Assembly: GCA_944390965.1 (NCBI GenBank)
Contig: CALXRW010000004.1
Span: 986 to 64,985, forward strand
Length of the DNA stretch: 64,000 nucleotides
DNA from: an uncultured Clostridia bacterium
Lineage (GTDB): Bacteria > Bacillota > Clostridia > TANB77 > CAG-508
Direction: 5' to 3'
The position numbers were made by a program, and so were the translations under genes. This document shows positions 31,501 to 41,981 of the stretch, in pieces; the first letter of the stretch is position 1, and each line of letters begins with the position of its first letter. The notes below the pieces were generated by a model that saw only the letters and a list, made by a program, of their open reading frames with translations, was not told the origin of the DNA and made no database searches.

Positions 31501-33795
31501 TGGGTCTTTAAAATCTAAATCTCTATACCAATGATCATCTACACTCTTAATATATGGTATATATAAGGAAAGATTGGCATGTTCAGAATTATACCAGATT
31601 ACTGAATTCAATTTTTGCATGTCTTCATATATATTTTCAAAGAAATCTGTCGATAATTCCTCTACGTCACTATATCCTGGATTACTGCTCGGTGTATATT
31701 CGTCTTTTTCAACTGAAGCAAGAAAATCATCTACATTATCTAAGATTTCATATAAATTTTCACAAAATTGATTTGATTCTTCCAAATCTGTTACTTCAAC
31801 AGTCATAGATACTTTATTTGAGAAGTACTCTGCATGTACCTGTCTCCATTCATCTTTTTCTTCTTCCGTCATTGTGGTAGCATTATTTGTTATATTTATT
31901 AGTTTCTCGAAAGTCTTTATCATATTCTCTATACGGTTCTTCTTTTCTACTATGATATTATAGTAATATTCTTCAGCGTCTTGTCCATCTTTTAAAAGTC
32001 TTCTAGAATATTTAGTCTGATAAAATTTGATATTTACTTTAGTAGCTAATCTTTCATCTCCTATTGCAACTGCATATGTAAAGTCTGGTGACATAGTTGC
32101 AAGATGGAGTGTTAATGAGAACTCTAATGGTTTCCCATATTTCCCTGCCCAACCACTTAAATCATAAATATATTCTGGTTCATATTCTTCAACCTCTTTG
32201 CCTGGTGAAATATATAGTTTCTTTTCATCACGCACCAAATGAATGTCTCCATCATAATTTTCTATATTATTATCTTCTTCGCTATCACCTTCAACAGACT
32301 CTACTATTTTTGTATCTATATTAATTAATCCATTTGCTGATTTAGTAAATAATGCTTCATCTGAGGTAAGTCCAGCAATTACTCTATCAAACCAATTCAT
32401 TGATTTTCCATCATAAAACATATAAGTCCTATAGTCTGACATCAGATATGCTCGCAAAAATTCGCTGTCAATCCATTTTACTTCGCCAACTTCATAGTTT
32501 GTAATAAGTCCTCTTTCATCTACATCAGCTTCATCAAATGTAATTTCTCTTTCCAAAACTCTTTTATATTCTGGTTCTCCAATTCTTTGCCCATTTGCAT
32601 CCATGTATTCTACTCTTCTGACAGTAATTTCTCCTGTTCCAACTTTTTCCCATAACCACAAAATTGTATCTCTTGCATTTTCAATAATAGCTACTTGCTC
32701 ATCTATCGTTTCACCTAATCCAATATGTTTCTCACCTGGTGAACTTGTCCATACTATATCCCCATTGTACTGAACAATATGATTGGCTTGCTCCATATTC
32801 CTAAATATAAATGTATAATAGCTTTCTTTTTTTTGGACATTGTTTTGTATATCTTCTTCTGTTTCTCTTTTTGCTAGAAATCCATAGCCTGTCAAATCAT
32901 ATCCCATGTCTGACACATAATTGGCGGCATCCTCTAAATTTGCATCTGCAATAACACCTGCCGGGTCAGCACCAAAAACAATCTTTGTTGTTCCTGCTAC
33001 TGTATCAAACCATTCATAAATTTTCCCTAAAATCATATCTGGCATATTTTGGAAGAAGCTAACAATTCCCATTATCAAAAATATAATAATAACTATGAGA
33101 AGAATAATTCCACAAGCTGGTCCTCCAGCAGCACCTGCTCCTCCAGCAGCCGCTCCTGTTCCAGCACCGGTCGCACCAGCTCCCGCCTTTGCTCCAGATT
33201 TTGCTCCAGCTTTTACTGTAGTATTAGTAGCTTTTTTGTTGGAATCACTTGCTTTTCTTGATAATTCTTGATGCTTTTTAGCAGATCTTTGTTTTTGTGC
33301 TTCTGCCTTTTCTTCTGCTGTTCTACTGTCTACTCTTTTAGGTGGTGGATTCATTCTTCTTTCGTGTTGCTGATTTCTTAAATTGCGTTTTTGAGCTGCT
33401 GCTCCTCCTCCTTTTGATTTTCCAGGTTTTTTATTAGGACTTTCTATTCCTTCTCTTCTATTGTTCTGTTTTTGTTGTCTAATATATTTTCTCTGCCCTT
33501 TTGAAGGTCTACTAGATGATTCTTTCCCTTTTTTATTGGTTGATTGCTTTTTCATCATGTCATTTATTTTTTTGATTTGTTTTTGTCTATTCCCATGTAG
33601 ATGTCTGTTACCTTTCATTGTTCCTTTGGAAGATGAATCATCTGTTTCTTCAGATTGATTTTCCGATTCATTTGTATCACTTTCTGCATCATTTTCATCT
33701 TGTTCTCCTTCTGCTAATTCATCCTCCTCTGATTGGTCTTCTTCTAGATTTTCATTTTCTTCTATCTCTTCATCATCATAAAAAGTCAAATTCAC
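28531..33795 (-). CDS. 1754-aa membrane-anchored multi-domain peptidoglycan hydrolase (VirB1 analogue)
   Basis: Charged N-terminus + TM; GH73-like YGINALFAASVAIKESG; SLT-like YGLDPYAIVAVICVESSG..YGLMQ; NlpC/P60 IDCSAYVSW..PGDIL..HHVEIY. Confidence 0.8.
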   Translation of the reverse strand: MNLTFYDDEEIEENENLEEDQSEEDELAEGEQDENDAESDTNESENQSEETDDSSSKGTMKGNRHLHGNRQKQIKKINDMMKKQSTNKKGKESSSRPSKGQRKYIRQQKQNNRREGIESPNKKPGKSKGGGAAAQKRNLRNQQHERRMNPPPKRVDSRTAEEKAEAQKQRSAKKHQELSRKASDSNKKATNTTVKAGAKSGAKAGAGATGAGTGAAAGGAGAAGGPACGIILLIVIIIFLIMGIVSFFQNMPDMILGKIYEWFDTVAGTTKIVFGADPAGVIADANLEDAANYVSDMGYDLTGYGFLAKRETEEDIQNNVQKKESYYTFIFRNMEQANHIVQYNGDIVWTSSPGEKHIGLGETIDEQVAIIENARDTILWLWEKVGTGEITVRRVEYMDANGQRIGEPEYKRVLEREITFDEADVDERGLITNYEVGEVKWIDSEFLRAYLMSDYRTYMFYDGKSMNWFDRVIAGLTSDEALFTKSANGLINIDTKIVESVEGDSEEDNNIENYDGDIHLVRDEKKLYISPGKEVEEYEPEYIYDLSGWAGKYGKPLEFSLTLHLATMSPDFTYAVAIGDERLATKVNIKFYQTKYSRRLLKDGQDAEEYYYNIIVEKKNRIENMIKTFEKLINITNNATTMTEEEKDEWRQVHAEYFSNKVSMTVEVTDLEESNQFCENLYEILDNVDDFLASVEKDEYTPSSNPGYSDVEELSTDFFENIYEDMQKLNSVIWYNSEHANLSLYIPYIKSVDDHWYRDLDFKDPEAMQGYIVKIDEPGAAPYVENIDDLKKILATYSDAQGASNLVGAADAFMQIQNEYGINALFAASVAIKESGAGTSWDLIDSSTHNWMSTQGSRGGGYKDKNGTTWNRFSSFSEATLAFGELISGESSGNYFGKGYYSVGDIAIKGKYCVPPEGWIKGVCNQMETFLNRAVDELGITLTNEENIDSGLDNLQGTQNSGEQSAYEIVSGYSAEVGLTDGELDEYNLDSGEGYTVLRTQAEDLRQVREPIQYDNSAVIKELLGVVDTRIIKKYTDGETVDVENEDQLAVFEAKVAEKAKYYIYNGTGMNEGEKRQISPTKNSLTAMSILESTKTEDAEHLLKNLRELFNDIGFELEDSSEEQATKYEKNTSLQWIFQRYIPSYEWPSQEETPKTEDNEEGSRYIYKVTAKREGDTENTTNTDEDTDDSSINDATDDTTDTNSPTTGTDDTTDTEDAEETEETVYGFEGGDILVAPGNCVIKKIGEDYLTIQFRNVIKHEIYTKRTWNGSEYVMTEISTKDMTETELEEYKAKKREELGLSDDIDPLWDPEVNGTTLTIFGLEVDSNLKVDDTTIIEAGTQIGKTKKGVDIGLLLRGQDLTASDADNEDATENIPSEEDENEDGEKKLAYLSVPRYIYPPEKTEVIFDMSKLQGLALEVWNDYSAEITEMAIRYGLDPYAIVAVICVESSGRLDSDNGIAYGLMQCHMKYHAVPNKTLVDVDGNRVVKDCSPSAMRGNASLQIECGCHVVRSYIFYPWPDGNWFKGLGSYNKGPSGIKNPSTLEDFRNGYWQKFKKYFWGGDETWAIKREGNSYYQIFTNVNTGEISGTVEVAWPPTGSNTLLNGDILEVAKQLHDYVRDNRFTYGSHYNIKDLGSGTESKVIDCSAYVSWVLYELGYQEFGTQKSSSWFKSNGQKLCDKYGWQMITPVNSSTLQPGDILVVYESGGSHHVEIYAGNGRSYSCGSNSSIRADTISTNFSKYNFALRVTGRGGN

Positions 33796-33816
33796 TCACC
33801 TCTTTTCTGGTCCATT

Positions 33817-34773
33817 TTATTCTTGCATATTTAATGTGATTGCATAATTTTCTATTGTATCTTGAAGGTTTCCCTCTTCATCATAAGTCATAGGGAAACT
33901 TTTTATAAATCTTAATGCATTGAAATGGATTCCTCTTGAAATATCTGTTTCATGATAATATTTTGTAAATTCTAGTTCAAATTCTTCTGTTTCTCCTGGT
34001 GAAATAATAATATCATTATTGGTATTGTTTTTTAGTATTCTTACTTCTGCATTTAATTGTAAGGTAATTTGATCTTTATCCATGTTATGGTCTAATAATA
34101 CTAACTGGTATTCTGTTTTATTATATGCTTTTACAGTATAGGTTTCTTTCTCATATTCCTTTTTTAGGCTTTCTACTGTAATTCGAACATTGTCATCTTC
34201 ATAAACAGCAAATTCCATTTCTTTTCTTTCTATATATCCGTTTACAGACAATTTCATTCCATCTTCCGTATTATGCATAGTAATTACTTCTGTTCTGTAG
34301 CCTAATTCTTCTTCTCCTGTTAATCCTGTTGCTAAAATATCTTCAAATATTCTTAAACGATAAACATATTTATCTTCTTCATTATAGTAATTTTGAACAG
34401 TATATACTTTTTTATCATTAAACATTTGATCTACATAAACTTCAAAATCGTCTAATTCAGGAAATAAATCTTTTTTGCAGTCTTCTGTTAAAAGGGAATA
34501 CGCTTTTTCATAGTCTTTTTCATTACAAGCATCAAAATACTCTTCAATTAAAGCATAAATTGGCTCTTTTAAGTTACTTGGGACTTCTTCACCCTCTGTT
34601 ACCATAATAGGAGTATCGGGATTATAAGTAGTAGAAGGTATTGCCTGAAAATCATGATGTTTTAAATACTGATTAATTAAGTATATAATTCCTATTATAA
34701 TAAGAAAAATAACAATTTTATTTTTATGTCTTTTAAAAAATTGATATATTTTTAACCTTAAATCTAATAACAT
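33817..34773 (-). CDS. Membrane-anchored protein, NTF2-like paralog 3
   Basis: TM; EEYFDACNEKDYEKAYSLLTEDCK. Confidence 0.65.
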   Translation of the reverse strand: MLLDLRLKIYQFFKRHKNKIVIFLIIIGIIYLINQYLKHHDFQAIPSTTYNPDTPIMVTEGEEVPSNLKEPIYALIEEYFDACNEKDYEKAYSLLTEDCKKDLFPELDDFEVYVDQMFNDKKVYTVQNYYNEEDKYVYRLRIFEDILATGLTGEEELGYRTEVITMHNTEDGMKLSVNGYIERKEMEFAVYEDDNVRITVESLKKEYEKETYTVKAYNKTEYQLVLLDHNMDKDQITLQLNAEVRILKNNTNNDIIISPGETEEFELEFTKYYHETDISRGIHFNALRFIKSFPMTYDEEGNLQDTIENYAITLNMQE

Positions 34774-34818
34774 ATAACTCCCTTCCTAATTTTAATGAAT
34801 ACATAAGTGGATTTTTTG

Positions 34819-35329
34819 TTATATTACTTCAAAGGAAATAATATAATCATTATAATCTAATTCATAAACGATAAATTTTTGTGTAAATGTCTCTTTTTCT
34901 CCTAAAGCGTCTACAATATTTAGGTAAAGAATAAAATATTTCCCCTGTCTTTGCATTTCTTCATATTCTAAAATAATAATGTCTGGATAAAGATTTTTAG
35001 CATAATTTTCAAATTCTTCTATTGTTTTAAAATAATTTTGTTTAAAATCCTCATTTAGCAAACTATATGCTTTTTCATAATCTAAATTTTCAATATAGCT
35101 TATATATTTTGATACATAAGTTTTTATTCTTTCTTTTTCTGTCATATTTCTTAAATCATTCATTTCTTGCTTTTCTATTTGTTTTTGATCTTCTGTTAAC
35201 TCTTTACCTGCTTCTGACTCTTCTCTATTATCTGTTCCTCCCCAAAAGTTTCCGCATAGAAAGAATGCATAATATTAGAATAATTAATAATAAAACTATC
35301 AAGAATATTGTTTTTTTCTCCATTTTCAT
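34819..35329 (-). CDS. Membrane-anchored protein, NTF2-like paralog 4; +1 shift at CGG 35252-35254
   Basis: AGAAAGGA RBS; MKMEKKTIFLIVLLLIILILCILSM[C]GNFWGGTDNREE..EMNDLRN..YIENLDYEKAYSLL. Confidence 0.75.
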
Positions 35330-35421
35330 TTTTTATTCATCCTTTCTAAATTTTCATATTCTATTTTTTCATAGATTATTTTACACTATCCGTTTCTGTC
35401 CCGTTGGGGATGTTTTTTTCC

Positions 35422-35488
35422 GGGATGGTCAAGACCATCCCCTACATTTATAGCAAATTCTTTGAAGTGTGGGCAATTAAAATTGCCC
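35422..35488. repeat. Two REP hairpins
   Basis: gggatggtcaagaccatcccctaca and gggcaattaaaattgccc. Confidence 0.75.
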
Positions 35489-35525
35489 ATTATTATCAAT
35501 TATTTTACACAATCTATTTTCACGA

Positions 35526-37425
35526 TTATCTCTTATCGACAATCTCTTTTGCTCTATTTAAAATTCTATCTTCTGCAGATGTGTCTCCTAATTTTTCAAG
35601 AGTATCTCTATAATCCCATATTCTTGCAGCAAGTTTCCTTTGTTGTTCTTTTCCTTTTTCTTCTAACCCTTCTCTAAATTCAGCTGAATTTTTATAGGTT
35701 TGTTTTATAAAATCTTGTGGATCAAAATTTGGATCTCTGTCCATCATTTGGTTTAATTGTTTTTCAAATCTCGCTTGTTTTTTATTTCTAGCCATGTCCT
35801 TAATTGGAATATGACTTGCTGCAGATTTCATTGCTCCTCCTGCTCTACCTGCTGCTGCAGAACCAATTTGCCCCATTACTAATGCCTCTCCGCCATTTGC
35901 TCCAGCTCCCACTCCTATTGCTGCTAATCCCGCTCCTGCTGCTAACTTCATTCCTTTTCCATATGCTCTTACAGCACCTTTTCCAGCTACTTTTCCGACT
36001 TTTGCTACAGCTCTAACAAATCTTCTCTTTCCACTAATATATGGATTTGATTTTGGCCTAGGTGTACTCTGTTTGCTTTGGCTTTCACTATTGTTTTCAG
36101 CATTTCCAGCCTGTTCTGCACCTTGCTTATTTTGTTCTGCATTTCTACTGCTACTATTGCCTGATCCTTCTCCTTGGCTCTGTCCCTTTCCTCCGCTTTC
36201 TTTTCCATCATCTTTCTTTTTGCCTAGATTCTCTGCTAATTTCATACCAGAATATAAAATGGCAGCAGAACCAGCAGCATTTCCTAAAGTAGAAGCTCCA
36301 CCAAATCCAAAGATTTTCCTAATAATTCCTTCTGCTTGGTAAACAAATACAATAGTAATAATAGCAAAAATTCCCCCTCCTAAGGTACCATTTAGCATTT
36401 CTAGTGCTGATGAAACAAAAATTAAATATAATAAACAATGAAATGGTTGTATTAATACATTAAACATAAATTCTTTTAACCAATTATTTAATGCCTGTGA
36501 TTTTCCATCCCCCATTTTATCGATTGGATAAGTAATTGTAATAATTGGTGCAATTAATGTTAAAAAAGCTATTGTAATCATACGTTTAATATACATAACT
36601 AAAAATCCGAAGGAGACTCCTACCAAAATGGAATATAAAATTCCAGTTGCTAAACCATATGTCCAAGTATATCCTAATGAAAATGTTTTCTCTAATAAAC
36701 TTCCTTGGTAATTTACTAAAGTGTTTGCTTGTAAGGCTCCATCTGCTCCAGCTGGATCCAAAGCTCGTACAATTTCATTATTTACATAAATTACACTAAT
36801 GATAATAATATGCAAGATAAATACTAATGCTAATGCCACAAACCAATCTTTTAGCATGGTCTTATACTTTGCTTCTTCTTCTGCAACTGTAGAAATTGCC
36901 ATTCTAATTCCTACATATATTAACACTACAAGCAATATAATAGCTGCAAAATTTCGAATTCCATAATACCAGCTAGCAATATTGGTTCTTAGCTTTCCAA
37001 ATGTACTATTTTCGTCAAATTGATTTGCCATCTGAGAACCCCAGCGGTACTCAAAAATATTAATATCTGTAACACCCAATTTATTAAAAAATACATGGTA
37101 AAATGTTACCCAGTTGTTAGAAGAATCAGATGTTTCGCTTCCTCCCATAGTTCCTAATGCTGTTGTAATTCCATTTAAAACTAGCCCGTGGTGCTACAAA
37201 AAGCAATTTAATTGGCGTTAGAATAAGAGAAAGGAAACCATCTAATATTTTGCTAAACAAACTACGATCATCTTCAATTGCATTCCTTTCTTGCTCAACA
37301 GCTTCGTCATCTTCTTGATAGGTATTGGTTGCTTGTACAATATTTGTTTTTTCTATTACCATAAATTGAAATAGTATCATTACAATTAAAATTGAAGTAA
37401 GCAATTTTATCAGCACTTTTTTCAT
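35526..37425 (-). CDS. VirB6/TrbL-like polytopic membrane protein; +1 shift at CGG 37186-37188
   Basis: Signal ORF ..LFVAP[C]GLVLNGITTALGTMGGSE.. joins ORF with MYIKRMITIAFLTLIAPIITITY..WLKEF..NVLIQPFH. Confidence 0.75.
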
Positions 37426-37446
37426 TGTCCTATACCCTTCCTTTCT

Positions 37447-40400
37447 TTATTCTTTATTTAAGGTATCTTTTAAACTGCCCTTTCTTTTTAATGCTCTAAA
37501 CATTAATTCTGATATTTCTTGTGCAGTTAAATTTTGTACTACTTCTTCTTGTATATCTTCAGTTGTCTCTTTTCCTATTATATTTTCTAAATCACTACTA
37601 TTGATTTCATTTGTTTTTAATTTCTCAAATGTTTTCAAAATTACACTTTGTGCTTGTGGTGAAATTTTTTGCACTGTTCTTTGTATTTTTTCTGGTTCTT
37701 TTACACTTTCTAACATACTATATGTTTCTTCATTTTTATGTCTACGTTTTTGTAAAACTTTTCTTTCTTGTTTTTGTTGTTCTTCTTTCGCACGTTCTAT
37801 ATTAATTTGTGTTTCTGAATTTTCATTAATGCTTTGGAAAATTTTCTCAAAGTCTTTTGTTGTTATTTTTTCTTGAATTCCATAGTCTTGTTTATATTTT
37901 AGAACTTCATTATCAATTTGTTTTCTAGTTACTTTGCCTTCTGTTACTACTCCATTCGTTTTTAAAATATCATACGCAATATTTTTTACTTGTCTTTCAC
38001 TTAAATTGTTAATTACTTTTTCCTCATTTGCTTTTATTTCTCTTACTGTAGGATTTCTATTAGGATTTCTCTCTCTTAGTCCTTCTTCTATTTCGCCTTT
38101 ATCTTGTACCACTAAATCTACCAGTAAATTGCTAATTTCTTGTTTTACATTGTGTTGGAATACTTCTTTGTTAATCTCTACATTATTTGCTCTAAATTCT
38201 TCATCTAATTTTTCAGAAGTACGATCTAAATCTCGTAATTGGAATCTCCTGCCTTCTTGCTGCATTACAATATTAACAGATTGATTTACTACATCCATAG
38301 TAAGAGTTGTATTTCTTCCTGTTTGCAATATAACTTCTACCACTTTATTTTTTAATCTATTTGCTTCTCTTGTAGCATCAATAGGTGATTTTTTACCTTT
38401 TTTCTTTGTATATTTTTTATTCTTTTTTTGTGAAACACTAAGTTTGTCTATTTCCTTTGCAAGTCTCGCCAATTCCATTCTCGAGTGAATTAATCCTGAA
38501 AAACCTAGTTTTGGATTTGCAATTATCATAGGTACAGAAAATCCAAATTGCACCACACTTGATGCCAATTTTCCACCTAATTTTAGTGTTTTTTGTGCTT
38601 TCTCTATTCCTGCTTTTGTATTAGCACTTCTTGTTAATCTTCTATTTTTATGTTCCGGTGTTTCACCTGCTCCTCCCCATAGAGCATGAACTACGCTTCC
38701 CATTGGAGTTCTTCTTCCATGCTCATCTGGAGTCGTATCTACAATTCCTTGTAAGCCTTCTTTTGCCACTCCATAGGTTCCTTTTGCTACACTTACGGTT
38801 CCTTTTCCAATACTTTTAGCAACACCCCTTACACCATAATAAGCTCCTATTACTCCGTCTGTTGAGTCTGCACTTGGTTTTATCGTTGGATGAGATCTTG
38901 CTCCTCCTCTTCCTTTTCTAAAGAATTTAAATAATAATTTTTCTGCTTTTGCCATAAAGTTTAAGAAAATAAAAGCAATAATAATACCAATTAAGGATTC
39001 TTGAAAAGCTAAATCAAATGCCATGCCCATAAAGATTAAATATAGTAAAGCATGCATAGATTGCATTAGCACATTTAATGTTAATTCAGTTGTCCATGTT
39101 CCCAATGTTTGTGATTTATTATCTTTAATTTTATCAATTCCATAGCTAATTGCCATCAAAGGAGCAAGTACAATTAATATATTTACTGTAAAATAACGTT
39201 TGAAGTATATAAATAAAAATTTAATCATATAATACACTAAAAACATATATAAAATAGTGCCTGCTATTCCTTGTGTTGCCTTCATATCATATGCTTTTTC
39301 TAATACAGATTCATAAAGAGAGGATTCTTTTGTAACAGTTACTTCCACTTCTCTTAGTTCCTGTACTCTTTGTTTTGTCTCTTCATCTACTACTGGTTCT
39401 CCTGTTTCTGGGTCAATAACATCTACAAGTCTTAATTCTGTTACCACTTCCTCATCTTCCAGTTGACCAGCTATTTTACTTACAACAAATTGATTTACTA
39501 AAATAACACCTAGGATAAAATAGTGAATAAAGAATACAATGATAAAACTCACTAACCAATTTATGAATAATTTTTGGTATTTTGCTCTTTGTTCTCCTAT
39601 ACTAGAAACTCCTATACGAATTGCAATATAAATTAAAACCACTAAAAGTCCTATTATTGCTACATTTCTAAAAATCTGATAAATATTGGCAATAGATTGT
39701 CTTATAATACTAATTACATTATATTCTTGTCCATCACTAGTTGTAATGGTAGTATCATCATCCAAAGAACGATCAAATATATTTACATTTAAGATTGGTA
39801 CTTTGTTAAATATAATTTTCTCAATGGTAAGACGATCATCTTCCGTATTCCTTAGTCCAATTGCTGTATATACAATATCTGTTGCTAAATTCTCTATAAT
39901 AGAAGTCCAGCCAATTAGTTGTACTTTAATTCCCATGAAAATAAATCCAATGATATAGTCAGAAATTTCGCTTAAATTTAAATATCCTTTATTTTCTTGA
40001 TAATTTCCTCTTGCATTAGCAAGTCCTTGGTAATATAGACCACCTGTCATTGTATTTCCTGTTATACCACCATTAGGTAATCCTAATGCCGCCCAATCAA
40101 CTACTGTATTTAGATTTGTAATTTTTTGTATGTATTCGTCTTTTAAACGATATGCCCAAGTAAATCCACCATCATCATCTATTGTAACCTGTTTATCTAC
40201 TGATGGTACCTCCAAACCTGATGCTTCTGCTACTCTACCTCCTTCTATAAGAATAGCAACATGACCGGTCTTTCCATAATATATCTCCTATTTGTGCATC
40301 TTCACGAGGAATTCTATCAAAATACTCATTGTCGTCATTTCCACCCCAGCCACCAGTATTCCATAAATGATTAAATACCCCTGATGTTACATGTTTATAT

Positions 40401-40732
40401 ACATAGGAGCAAAAAGAGCCACAGTCAAATGCTAATTTGCCTGTAATAACTTCTCCAGTTGTGCTTCCATCATTTGTTGTTGCTGGTTCACTATCTGATA
40501 CCAATTTCCAGTCAAATCCTGCTTGCCTATGTGCCGGCGTTTGGGAATATCTTAAAATTTGTCCTCTAACATTATCATTTCCTTCTGTTACAATTCTTTC
40601 TGCCACTTCCGCAATGGCTTCTCCTACTTCTTCTGATGTATAAGCATATGTTTTTGTGGGAATCATTACAAAAAGGGGACATAAAATACATATTAAAATA
40701 ATACTTGCTATTATTTTGTTCCCAGTATGCAT
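37447..40732 (-). CDS. NlpC/P60 domain fused to VirB6-like protein with long cytoplasmic tail; +1 shift at CGG 40265-40267
   Basis: FDCGSFCSYVY..GDILWKD[C]GHVAILI..EASGLEVPS; YFKRYFTVNILIVLAPL..W..EL..NVLMQSMH. Confidence 0.8.
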
Positions 40733-40752
40733 TTTATCTCCTCCTTTTCTTG

Positions 40753-41979
40753 TTATAAAATAATTTCAATGGTTTTATTATCATATGTTAATACATGGTT
40801 TTCTACTTTTTGTAAGGTAAAATCTTCATTTCCTTCTTGAATAATATGTGTTTGCCTTGTAATACAATCATACAAGTAAATTCCTTTTTGTTTAATACTG
40901 TATAATAAATGTGTATCATCAAACCACATATAAGAATGAAATAAATTTACATTTTTTAGTTCTACTCTTGGGTATTCTCCTGTTTTGGATAAAATTCTTA
41001 AATTAGTATATCCTTCTTCTGTTGGAGTTACTATTAATAGAAAACTATCTGTAGAATTGTTAGGGTTTACTTCATCTTTTCCCTCCTGTGTGTTAGGATT
41101 TTTCAAAAATTTATGTTCTTGGTATCTAATAATTTCTGTTTCGTGTACCAAATCCTTACTTAGTTCCAAATAAATATAATCTGGTTTTTGTTCTGGATTT
41201 TCAACTAAATCTTGTAAAGTAATTCCCTCAAGGATTTCTCCTTTATAATTGCGGTATAATGTAATACCATTTCTTACTGTATAATTAAATTGTACTCTTA
41301 ATCCTTTTAAACTATATATAATATCTGCATAATCTTGGTTATAGGCGTATTTGTCGTAATCTTTCCAAAGTTCTGTTAACCCATTTCCAAAATTCCAAGA
41401 ATTTCTATCTTCGTTATATTGATTAACAAGTGCAAAAAATTCTGTCATGTCTTCTTCTGGTTCTACTACTGGATAAATAGAAATTTCATTTTCTGAAAAG
41501 AATATGTAAATTTCTTTTCCTAAATACCCAATTAGTCCATCCTCTTTTGTTCCAAATGTAGGCTCTCCCAAAATATCTATAATAGTGTCAAATGATTGCC
41601 CTACTTTTATTTCATTTATTACATTTTGTGTATAATTTTCTGTAAAAATAAGATTAAATACTTTTCTTTCAATTGTTTTTACTTCTATTCCTTCTTCAAA
41701 ATAAATTACATAATCTTCATAAATACTTTCCTCTGTTCCAAAGGATACCTGATTTGTATACCATTGTTTTTCTATTAATTCCTCTATTTCTGGTGATTGT
41801 ATTTCCATTTCTGTAATAGGCGTAGGTATATATTCTTGTATTGTTGTTTGCTCTTCTTGAGCATAATAGTTATTAGAAATATCTTGTTCCTCCTGGCTAA
41901 AAACTATTTTTAAAATAATAAGAATTATCAATAATATTATTGCAAAAATGCCAATAGTAATTAACTTTTTTCGATTCAT
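40753..41979 (-). CDS. Membrane-anchored hypothetical protein of the T4SS-like cluster
   Basis: 408-aa ORF, N-terminal TM, translationally coupled to upstream gene. Confidence 0.65.
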   Translation of the reverse strand: MNRKKLITIGIFAIILLIILIILKIVFSQEEQDISNNYYAQEEQTTIQEYIPTPITEMEIQSPEIEELIEKQWYTNQVSFGTEESIYEDYVIYFEEGIEVKTIERKVFNLIFTENYTQNVINEIKVGQSFDTIIDILGEPTFGTKEDGLIGYLGKEIYIFFSENEISIYPVVEPEEDMTEFFALVNQYNEDRNSWNFGNGLTELWKDYDKYAYNQDYADIIYSLKGLRVQFNYTVRNGITLYRNYKGEILEGITLQDLVENPEQKPDYIYLELSKDLVHETEIIRYQEHKFLKNPNTQEGKDEVNPNNSTDSFLLIVTPTEEGYTNLRILSKTGEYPRVELKNVNLFHSYMWFDDTHLLYSIKQKGIYLYDCITRQTHIIQEGNEDFTLQKVENHVLTYDNKTIEIIL

Positions 41980-41981
41980 CC

